A stretch of DNA of 62,974 nt, counting the filler, from Octopus bimaculoides (lineage: Eukaryota), in NCBI RefSeq assembly GCF_001194135.2. It is 6 parts of 6 records of this genome, joined end to end, with 100 filler letters (N's around TTAATTAATTAA, not from the genome) between each part and the next. Parts side by side here need not be neighbours in the genome. Positions count along the whole stretch, not along the records: positions 4,444 to 14,438 come from NC_069000.1; positions 14,539 to 33,682 come from NC_068985.1; 4 more parts are not named here. One strand, 5' to 3'. Below, piece by piece: positions 9,601 through 19,558 of the stretch (its first letter is position 1; each line of letters opens with the position of its first letter). The position numbers and the translations under genes were made by a program. Below the pieces are notes generated by a model. That model had not been told where the DNA came from. It worked only from the letters and a program-made list of their open reading frames with translations, and ran no database searches.

Positions 9601-11724
9601 CACAGATATTTCCAATCCAGAGCTTCTGAAAGGTCAGTACATCATCCACGTCATTAGTTTTCACTATTCAACATTATTAGTTTTTCGAACTAAGACGACG
9701 AGCTGGCAGAACCGTTAGGACACCGGGTGAAATGCGTCTGCTGCTACGTTCTGAGTTCAAATTCCGCCGAGGTTGACTTTGCCTTTCACCCTTTCGAGGG
9801 TCAATTAAATAAGTACCAGTTACGCACTGGGGTCGATGTAATCCCCACTCCCAAATTTGAGGCTTCGTTCTTCCAGTAGAAAGGATTATAACTTAAACTT
9901 CACAAAATTTATTATTATTATTATTATTAGTATTATTAATAATACTAATACTAATAATAATAATAATAAGGTGGCAATCTAACAGAGTCGTTAGCGTGTC
10001 GGATAAAATGCTTAGCGGTATTTCGTCCGTCTTCGTTCTGAGTTCAAATTCCGCCGCAGTCGACTTTAGTTTTTCATCCTACACTATACTGCACACATAC
10101 ATCCATGCATCCATACTTATATGTGTGTGTATTTGCGTGTATGTATTTATATGTATGTATGTATACATACGTCTTTATGTAGGTATTGTCGCCATGTAAA
10201 CTGTGCTCTACCCTGCTCTAGCAATTCTTTATAAAACAAGAGAGTGAAACCCTTTGAAAATAGCATCTTTAAGTTTCAGAGATGTTCTTCATTTAAAATT
10301 TGTATCAACACTATAAGTTTGTATCAATGCATCCAGCGAATATGTTATTGTGTAATTATTCTTCTAACGTTTATTTTATTTTCAGTGAAATCTTCTATTA
10401 AGAGCCTGGCACTTGCCGAGAATGACTTTCGAATGAGCAGGACAGCTACATTCAAATGCACTGCATATGCTGCATTGCCTTTTCCTGAGGAAATCGTCTT
10501 TCAGTGGACAGTAACAAACAGTAGAAAGGAAGTTGTGAATGAAGACAGAGTGAAAGTTTGGGGTTCTGACAAATGTTATACTGAAGTAACTTCATCCTAT
10601 AAATACGCTGTGCGATTTGATAGCTTTGCGTCCCCTTCAATTATTTCTTGTACAGTATTTAACCAGACACGTACTAATGACGTCAACCCGCCTATGCCAA
10701 GTAAGCAAATATTTTTTATGTTCTATTGCCCACTGTATTTATTCATTTGTGGAGGCGCAATGGCCCAGCGGTTAGGGCAGCGGATCGCGGTTTCGATTCC
10801 CAAACCGGGCATTGTGAGTGTTTATTGAGCGAAAACACCTAAAGCTCCACGAGGCTCTGGCAGGGGATGGTGGCGAACCCTGCTGTACTCTTCCACCACA
10901 ACTTTCTCTCACTCTTACTTCCTGTTTCTGTTGTGCCTGTAATTCAAAGGGTCAACTTTGTCACACTGTGTCACGCTGAATATCCCCGAAAACTACGTTA
11001 AGGGTACACGTGTGACTTTGGAGTGCTCAGCCACTTGCACGTTAATTTCACGAGCAGGCTGTTCCGTTGACCGGATCAACTGGAACCCTCGACGTCGTAA
11101 GCGACGGAGTGCCAACAACAACAACAATTTATTTATTTTTCTCTCAATATATGGAGACGATTGTTATAGGCTACGTGTTGTGTTACGTGCAGTTTGTCTC
11201 TTTGCTGACAGAAAACATTGTTACATTCTTAAGATGTTTATGGTTGAGTGGTTAAATATTGAATGCATTTATAAAACTCTTTGTCTGAAACGGCAGCAGC
11301 AATTGGGTCACATATATGATTGAAACGAACCACTTATTCTTGTATATGTAGCTCATCTGACGTAATTGCTCTTAGTAAATATTTCTAGCCAATGGGAGCA
11401 GTTTGAAAGTAACACGTGGTTTCTTAGTTTGCGTAACAGAATAGAGTTTCTCGTTACGTTTGAAATCACAGAATGCTGGACGTCAGCAGACTGCTATTTT
11501 AAACTAATATATTAAATAAATTAAATATAGTGGACATATATACATCTACGCATATAAGTACATATATAGATAAAAAGAATATATTCATAAATATTTTCCC
11601 TAACTCATCTATATTTTATCTTACAGAGGAATCTGTTGATGCTTCAGCCGGTCTACAGTACCGCAAATGGGTTTTGGTTGTTAATCTCATTCTTCTACTT
11701 CTGACTGTTTCAATTTCTTGCTAG
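6542..11724 (+). CDS. Spliced 4-exon gene encoding a 288-aa predicted GPI-anchored protein with two Ig-like domains (signal peptide - V-like Ig - C2-like Ig - GPI signal)
   Basis: Exons of 124+330+315+98 nt sum to 867 nt (288 codons + TAG) with no internal stop. All three introns are GT..AG and phase 1, and the junction codons read A|CT (Thr), G|TG (Val), A|AG (Lys). Symmetric phase 1-1 exons carrying one domain each are typical of Ig-superfamily genes. No named orthologue recognised. Confidence 0.88.
7770..8007. repeat. Degenerate (CA)n microsatellite in intron 1
   Basis: Directly visible. Confidence 0.9.
8252..8578 (+). pseudogene. Possible decayed Ig-like cassette exon in intron 1
   Basis: Acceptor TTTTTTAAATATTTCTTTAG; phase-1 frame open for 69 codons (HRPRISNIRVVGRL...MHCWFVSPKDEEW...); GTAAAA donor at 8579 gives 327 nt, phase 1-1. 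Three in-frame stops (8461, 8548, 8554). Confidence 0.33.
8830..9010 (+). repeat. Penelope-type repeat relic with hammerhead-like motif (family 1) in intron 1
   Basis: CTGAAGA...GAAATATTGTG...AACAAGCAAGATGA..GGAC...; its 3' half matches the reverse complement of ~30075-30140. Confidence 0.5.
9303..9632 (+). CDS. Coding exon 2: V-like Ig domain (TIQMIGFSPADGFTIGAPNAMNILCSY...KWNLTCKDVASYRCLLSDTDISNPELLK)
   Basis: Long pyrimidine tract ending TTTATAG (AG 9301-9302); donor G|GTCAGT at 9633; 330 nt, phase 1-1. B-strand ILCSY and F-strand DVASYRC (D-x-[GA]-x-Y-x-C motif); lies inside ORF 9227..9718. Confidence 0.9.
9694..10080 (+). mobile_element. SINE family B copies in intron 2 (9694-9887 and truncated 9970-10080) separated by (ATT)n/(TAA)n
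   Basis: GAGCTGGCAGAACCGTTAG...GTTCTGAGTTCAAATTCCGCCGAGG.TGACTTTGCCTTTCA...AAGTACCAGTTACGCACTGGGGTCGAT, shared with many copies in the window. Confidence 0.8.
10386..10700 (+). CDS. Coding exon 3: C2-like Ig domain (VKSSIKSLALAE...TATFKCTAYAALPFPEEIVFQWTV...SIISCTVFNQTRTNDVNPPMP)
   Basis: Acceptor TTTTATTTTCAG (AG 10384-10385); donor A|GTAAGC at 10701; 315 nt, phase 1-1. Cys...Trp...Cys spacing of an Ig fold; lies inside ORF 10244..10828. Confidence 0.9.
10751..11128 (+). mobile_element. tRNA-headed SINE family C copy in intron 3, (AAC)n tail
   Basis: Head GGAGGCGCAATGGCCCAGCGGTTAG (A-box-like) and GGTTTCGATTCC (B-box-like). The body matches the reverse complement of the copy at ~57073-57378. 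Confidence 0.8.
11627..11724 (+). CDS. Terminal coding exon: GPI-anchor-like signal KESVDASAGLQYRKWVLVVNLILLLLTVSISC*
   Basis: Acceptor TTTTATCTTACAG (AG 11625-11626) in phase 1. A small-residue cluster (DASAG), a short polar spacer and then 17 mostly hydrophobic residues running to TAG, with no cytoplasmic tail. Confidence 0.85.
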
Positions 11725-11892
11725 CATCAACTCGTTTTGCACAAAGTTAACAATGAAGGTTTGTAAAGATAAATTTCTTTTTCGTTTTGTTTCTCCTTCT
11801 TTTCTTTCTTCTCCAGCATTTTCTTTCTCCTCCTCCTTATCAGTTTATCGGTCCGCACCCTCCTTCTCTCTCTCTCTCTCTCTCTGTATATG

Positions 11893-11948
<56 letters not shown>

Positions 11949-11955
11949 ATACAGA

Positions 11956-11961
11956 AATAAA
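11956..11961 (+). terminator. Candidate polyadenylation signal AATAAA of the Ig gene
   Basis: First AATAAA about 230 nt after the stop codon; a second lies at 12059-12064. Common hexamer in AT-rich DNA. Confidence 0.4.
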
Positions 11962-12019
11962 TTTATTTCTCAAACGCGTGATAATGCTATAAGGATAAAT
12001 TATAATGCAGAAAAATACG

Positions 12020-13240
12020 TTGCCGGCCAGCCACAGACATCGGCCGTTTAATATATCAAATAAACTAGTTATACAAAAACACCACTCTCTGCCTGGATGA
12101 TGGCCTCGTTAAATCCACAGAAAAGACTGTTTCCAAGGATCAAGCGGTTTCCCTTTGTTTTACACATCACATACAAAATGGCAGCCTTCAACGTGTCTGT
12201 GATAATAAGAAACAACCAATAAGTCCCTCTCTCTCTCACTCCCTTCTTCCTCCTTTTCCCCCTCTGTCTTTCTCCCTTCTCTCTTCCACTGTCTCCCTCT
12301 CTCTATCACTCTCTGTCTCTCTCGCTCTCTTTCTCTATCGTCTTCTCTGTTCCCCTCTCTTCTTATTTCTCATTCTTTCTTCCTTCTCTCCGTCTCTCTC
12401 CTTCTCACCCTTTTTCTTCTTCCATATCTCTCCATATCTTCTCTTCCCTGTCTTTCTCTCTCAACAACTCTCCAGATGTATTAGTCCTGGTGGGTGGTCA
12501 CGTATTTATGAATATTCCCGACCAACAACTGCTGTGACACAAGAACCATGTTGACGAGAATTCAGTCATGCCAAAAACACATGCCGCGTTTTTCTTGGGC
12601 AATCCACCCGCCGAGGGTTTAAAAGTGACCAACAAGCCGATGTAGGTGGTGGCATTGATTCTGGGGTCCAGAGGGAAAGAGTAAATTTTCAAGATATAAT
12701 CCTCATCCCTCACCTCACTACGACCACCAGAGACAATACCGCGAATACAACATTGGGGACTGAACCTACCCATCTCCCGAACATCTGGTTTGCTTTTTGG
12801 TTTTGTTGGAACTTGTTCTTACTTGGGAAGAACCAAAGAACGATTGGTTACCCATATTGCACCAGTTTATTCAAAAGCTCTTCGATCAAGTCTTTCAGTT
12901 CTCCCAAACTCACTAGAAGCCTATACTCATCCTCAGCAACACAAAATACCCTCGTGGGCCTAGTTTTACATTGACACTAAACACATATCAATATGCCTCT
13001 GTATATTTATATATTCTTTGGTGGTATTTCTCTCAAACCCGAGTCTCGTCCCAGTCGAAAGGTTGGTTACTTCCCCTGTTGGTGTGTTCTTCAGTGAGTT
13101 TTCTTTTATCATTCTGTTCTTTGATGTTTGTCCCTCTTAGATTTAGGTTCCACCTACCGACACCACTAGTCTGAGAGACACCATCGAAAGTTGCCCAAAC
13201 CTCCATTCAAAGGATTCCCCCATTTATTTATTTACTTATC
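12020..13240 (-). mobile_element. Highly degenerate 3' fragment of a Tx1/L1-like LINE, interrupted by a pyrimidine tract (~12225-12470)
   Basis: Minus-strand remnants PLNGGLG (~13200) and DCPR...TEF..WFLC (~12540-12605) resemble the GGLG motif and C-terminal zinc knuckle of the Tx1-like ORF2 at 37.8-38.7 kb; many stops and frameshifts. Confidence 0.4.
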
Positions 13241-14403
13241 CGTTTATTTATCTATCTATTTATACATTTATTTATAGATTCCGTTTTATGTTAACTGAAT
13301 TTAGTATCGACCAACGATTTATCCATGGTCCATCTCCAGTACAAGATTCTACAAGATCTATATTAATTTTTTATTACTAATCTTACTTCTTAATTTTAAT
13401 TTATGTAAGTCAGTAACTGTAGTAAAACTAACACTATTAACAATCACACATTTAATTTACTGTAATATATACACAAAATCAAATCTGAATATATTTACAG
13501 TTTCATAAGTTTAAAGCAATCATTTGTTTAATTAAGAAAAGGGTTAGAAGTAAAATTATTTAGGAACTACATCAAAACTATTTTGATTTAAAGGTTAAAC
13601 GTTATTCTTATATGAAATATATTCAATATGTAAGAATCCGTATATAATATAAATAAATGCAGTTGAAAATCAGTCTGTCTTTTGGAGATTTACTTAAGGA
13701 AGATGGCTACAGAGGGCAAGTTCTTTAAATTTACGCTTGACCATTAGTTTTAATAATATTAACTATTCCTATAATCACCGTTGTATTCTATACTGAATCG
13801 ATTCAAAAGCGAACGTCATTTGTATAAACGATCAGTTTGCGGAGAGATAATTTTCATATACAGAACCATGAAGTAGATTGTCCTGATATGTTTCACAGAT
13901 TGTTCAGTTTTTTTTTCTGCTAACTACAAGAGAACTTGTATTCAATCGCTATTTAAATAAAACAAAAACTGGAACTTTGCTTTAATGGGATTAATTGTTT
14001 TTTTCTGTCTGTCTGTCTATCATATACACACACGCACACACAGACATGATTAATTGTTTTAAAACTTACAGTGAATATCAAGTCGAAATTTTACATGTTC
14101 AGTATATTAACAAATGAACTCAGCCCAAAACATTCGTTTGGTCCATGGTACCTTTAAATCATGACAACTGAGAAAAGGTAATGATTATAAGATTATTATC
14201 ACAGATTCCCATATATTGTGGCATGTATTACATAACAATAAATGAGATATAGAATAATGGATATCAACCATTTACAAAACAATTGTAACATCAGTTTGAT
14301 TTTCCCTTTCCTATCCATAATATCCCGGAAACAGCTGTAGGACTATTTCATTATAAATGTCCTGAAAGCTCCTCACAGCCTTGGGTTTGTTATCTCATTC
14401 TAT

Positions 14404-14438
<35 letters not shown>

Positions 14439-16964
14439 NNNNNNNNNNNNNNNNNNNNNNNNNNNNNNNNNNNNNNNNNNNNTTAATTAATTAANNNNNN
14501 NNNNNNNNNNNNNNNNNNNNNNNNNNNNNNNNNNNNNNATATATGCCAGATTGAGTTCATTTTCCAGATCTTCACAAACAGCTGCCAATCATTGCAGAAT
14601 TGTTCCTTGTTTATTTTACATTTTTGTTAATGTGTGGAGATATCATTGCAATCAGACCCATTTATCCGAACCTTTGGAGAAAAAACAAAAAAGAGGGTCT
14701 GAGTATAAGTGTATAAGTGATTTTCTGGCACAAAGGTGGCAACACACAGTAGAATATGATGGGATATATTTTGATAAATAGTTGTTTCTTGGTCAAGAAA
14801 TGTTTTGCAACTAACGATTAAATAAAATTGTCTTCGTCTCTTAGGCTCGTTAGAATAAGAAATAATGTCGTTTGTAAAAGTTAAGTCTGCAAGGAGAAGG
14901 TTGAAAGTTATGAAACTACATGTTTATTCCCTGGTTGTGGTTTCTGGTTCAATAAGAAAAATTAGCACTGATCTTTAAATTAATAACAATACATCATATC
15001 TATAATTTGGTTAGTTATTAGGGATCTTAGATACATTAACAGATTATGAGAAGATTTCTGCTAAACAAAGTCAGCACCTCTTTGATCCACTTACCTCTGA
15101 CATTGATCGTTTCAGGATGCTTTGAGCGTGTACTGTGTGCATTTGGGTTTTAGGTCTCACGTATCACTAACGTCATGGCTTACTTCTTATCCACGAGTTG
15201 CAAAGTAAAGTGATGTTTATTGTATCTTTTCAACAATTACTTTAACATATATCAAGATAGTTATTTTTTTTAACCTCTTTACTCTAGAGCAGTGTGGTAA
15301 CTTGAATTTCACAAATCATCGATCTGCTCCTACATGCCTGCTCGTGTGGACAATTTTCTAGATCTTGACATTTACACATTGTAGTGGTAATATTTTATTT
15401 TTATATTGGTGAAAAGAAATTTATTGAAAGCAACATGAGCTGAATATTTGTCCAATATTTTATCTGTGGCAAAATCATAAGTATTTAGAAGCATTTTAAA
15501 TGCTAAAGCAACGAATGGCAAGCCATTACAGAAACTCTTGCATGATCAAACTTTGACACACCCGAATTTAACATATCTTTTTACACATTTACGTCTACGC
15601 CTGACTGAATTCTAAAGAAAAAGAAAAATTCCAAGAAACCTAGTAAAAATCCCTAGAATAACATTTTATCAAACCACAACGTACAACCACATAATCCCTC
15701 AATAGGTTCTAATATGATACTTTTGAGGACATTCTGAAACAAACAGGTACACAAATAATTATCGTTCTAAACATCTCTACCTGGAACTCGAAAGACGAAA
15801 TCTTGCCAAAGAGTGTATAAATGCAAAGGGAACCTAGATAAATCAGAATCAGAGAAATAGTAACAAGCAGATATTTCGATGTCATTGAAAACAACGTTGT
15901 CTTTGTAAAGGTTTACTATGTATGTATAAATGTAGGCATAAATGTATTCATGGGAGGAAGATACGGATCATAGGAACACAGAGAAGACAGGAAAGGACAC
16001 ACATGAACGTCGATAAATTCACAACCTTTCGGTTATCGACCCAAATTCATCTCAATTTCTGTATATGTTCAGAGCCCCACCCATTTATATATGTGTGTGT
16101 GCTTATATATATATATATATATATATNNNNNNNNNNNNNNNNNNNNNNNNNNNNNNNNNNNNNNNNNNNNNNNNNNNNNNNNNNNNNNNNNNNNNNNNNN
16201 NNNNNNNNNNNNNNNNNNNNNNNNNNNNNNNNNNNNNNNNNNNNNNNNNNNNNNNNNNNNNNNNNNNNNNNNNNNNNNNNNNNNNNNTATTTGTTTCATA
16301 TGCATGTGGTTGTGGGCAGGTTTTCAATCAATGAAACTCGAATGAAGAGGCCTTGGAAATCTGTTAGATTTTTTCTGCACCGCTAATCGATTCTCTTTGC
16401 ACAATGCGTATCATGACGCTTTGTTCAATCTTGCAGAACTGCAACATTGCAAGGGTTTTAGGAAAATCTGTTATTACATTGCACAATACATCTATGATAA
16501 TATGGACAGATAAAAATACGTAGAATTGATTTAAGAGAAACATGTTTCATTTCATTTTCCTGTTATATTTTCTCCTTTTCTCAATTTTTTTTCGGAGTAT
16601 TCACATCTATCGACTGTGTATAAAAGTTCATAACATTCGCTCCCTGTCCGAAACACACATTACCTGTTCATATCAGGTTGCTGTGTTTATTATAAATAAT
16701 CCCTTGTGATGTTTTCATTTCAAAAGTGAGGATCTATTGTACTTTGTGTCATTTTTGAGTGGCTATCAGAGCATTCCATTCTGCGGTAAATAGAGAGCTT
16801 TCTTTAAACAACATTACTGGCATTCATGGGAATGTAGTATTTTGTGGATAGTTTTGGACAGCATTAGTTTAAGATGATGCATGTCATATATTCCACACTT
16901 GTGCCATAGATAGGCACCCAATGTTTCTTTGTCCAATGACACTAAGCTACAGATCACCAATATC

Positions 16965-17372
16965 CTTTTCTATTGTAGGCAAAAAACCGAAATATAAGGG
17001 GTGGTGGCCAGTCGATTAGATCTACTCCAGTGCGCAACTGGTACTTAATTTATTGACCACGAAAGGATGAACGGCAAAGTCGACCTTGGCGGAATTTCAA
17101 CTCAGAACATAAAGACAGGGAAAATACTGCTAAGCATTTCACCCGCATGCTATCGTTTCTTTATTTCTACTCTAGGCAAATGGCCCAGAATTTGTGGGGA
17201 GGGAGCCAGTCGATTAAATCTCCTAGAGTAGGCTACTGGTACTTAATTTATTGACGCCGAAAGAATGAAATGTAAATTTGACCTCGGCGGAATTTGAACT
17301 CAGAACATAAAGACAGACGACATACCGCTAAGCATTTCGCCCGGCACGCTAACGTTTCTGCCAGCTTGCCGC
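16965..17372 (-). mobile_element. Two tandem SINE family B copies (about 16965-17160 and 17161-17372)
   Basis: Each contains CTGGTACTTAATTT...GACCT.GGCGGAATTT.AACTCAGAAC...GCTAAGCATTTC, the reverse complement of the family B core. Confidence 0.8.
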
Positions 17373-19214
17373 ATTAAGCGCTCACCTGTTTCACCATGCG
17401 TTTATATAGATTTCGCGAGCTTATGATAATTACCTCCCATTCCCTCTGGTTAAAAGCTGTCATCAATATTATTTTCGAATTTTTTATGTGGTTACAGTAA
17501 TTTCTCTTCCTCACGTTTGGAGAGAATATGCTCCAACGTGTATTTCTTTTCATTTTCGAACAATCTCACATTTAGGTTATTAGATATTTCCTTTCGTGGT
17601 GCCATCTTCTGTCATATTGCACCAGATCGATCTACGTGTTCTGGGAGGACCAGTCGATATGTTAAAAGCTAGGTGTCACCCTGTTCCCTATTACAGATCC
17701 AGTAGCATGTAACCATTTCACATTTGGCAATTTGAAACAATTATTAAGTTTCAGCTTCATTTCAAATTTACACACAACACTCATTTTAGACCCATTAATA
17801 TACGCCATTTTCATTCTCTTATATTTCTTACAATAGTAGCTCAATAGATTCTCCACAGTAATATCTATATTAAAATATGTGTCCACGTCGCTGCCTATTC
17901 AGCATTGACACACGCTTACGTTTCTATTAATGTTGTAATTTAACGTCAACTGAACGTGAGTTCTCAAGAGACAAACCTATTAATCCGCCATCTACATAAG
18001 ACCGATTCAAAAACTAAGGCATCTAGATGACAAGAGAGAACTCTTTCTCTGAATTCAACATATTCATGCACGAAACGCTGTTTTTATATTCTCCTGAGTT
18101 GCAGATAAAGAAAATATTCCAAGTGCTTTTAAATTCAGCATATTTTAATAATATATTTATTTTGTATACACGGCAGTTATACATTTGGTAAAGCTGCACT
18201 CAAATCAATAGAACACAGAAGTAAAATGCGGAAGTGTAACAAGAAATACTACATAGACCCAAGCCACTTATTGTGACTGGACATCTTTTTTTTATTTCTG
18301 TATTCTCACAAGATTTACAAATACATAACGTAGTGTCGCGCTGTAGCAGGTTGTTTTATGTTCCATATAGTATAAGGCTGTGTAGAACGATGATGACATT
18401 ATGCATTTGTGTTTGAGACGGCGAACTGCGGCATCGTTATCGCTGAACGAAATGCTTAGCGGTATTTCGCCCGTATTTCAATAATCTATTTATTTTGTAT
18501 ACACAACATTTATACATTTGGTAAAGCTGCTCTCAAATCACTACGTTTTATATTTTACGTTATCATCATTGCATTGAAGGTTACTACACACGCTCTACTC
18601 TACAGTATATATTTAATTTTTATTTCATATATACTGCCGTTATAGACCATCATCTAACAATTATACGTTGGCTTACTTATATTCCATTTTGTCTGTTGTG
18701 TCTATTTCACATAAGAAATAGTTTGATTTGTTATTGATCGTGTTGTCTCGGTGTTACATAATCATAGCTCTGATCGTTAACCATGTTAATTCAGAGCTAT
18801 ATAAAAGGAAACAAAAACGTTTCTGCCAGAAATTTGAACTCTTTCCTCTCTAACCGCCACAAGTCAAGAAGTACTAATATTGTTGGAGTAAATCATACGC
18901 GACTAGGGTCTCAGACGATAGGAGTATAGTCAAAATCTGAAATATGGAACTGCACGACAAAGAGTGATGTAAAGTAACCGATAAGACTGCATAGGCAAAG
19001 TACGAAAAAGAAATAAGTTGAATCATAACTGCAGGTTATGTGGCTGCATTTTGTATATATATGTATAGAGGAAATGCAGAAATGAATTCAATGCATTCAT
19101 TCAGAGAAAACAACGGTCAGAATGTAGTGAATTAAATAAAAGAAAATTCACTTCGAAAATACTTGCATTTCGAATTATTTACGGAATTTGACAGCAATAT
19201 ATATTTTGAAATTT

Positions 19215-19411
19215 TGCTACAAAGGCAACCATTTTGGGAGTGGGAATGAGTCGATTACATTGACCCCAATGTTTCACTGATACTTAATATATCGACCCCA
19301 AAAGTATGAAACGGAATTCGATCAAGACGGAATTCGAACTCAGAACGTAGCGACGGGCGAAATACCGCTAAGCATTTCGTCCAACGAAAACGATTCCGCA
19401 GTTCGCCGCCT
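19215..19411 (-). mobile_element. SINE family B copy
   Basis: GTCGATTACATTGACCCC...GAACTCAGAACGTAG...ACCGCTAAGCATTTCG...TTCGCCGCC. Confidence 0.75.
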
Positions 19412-19501
19412 TAAACACAAATACTTAATTTAATCAGAGTTCTATATAGGCATATACTATATGGAACATTAAAAACCTGCTGCAACACTTCACTACTTAA
19501 T

Positions 19502-19558
19502 GTGAAAATACAGAAATAATACGTGAAAATACAGAAATAATACGTGAAAATACAGAAA
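19502..19558. repeat. 21-bp tandem repeat GTGAAAATACAGAAATAATAC, about 2.7 copies
   Basis: Directly visible. Confidence 0.9.

Noticed and set aside
15095-15611. Minus-strand acceptor (15612) and GTAAGT donor (15094) pair
   Set aside because: All three frames between them contain multiple stops.
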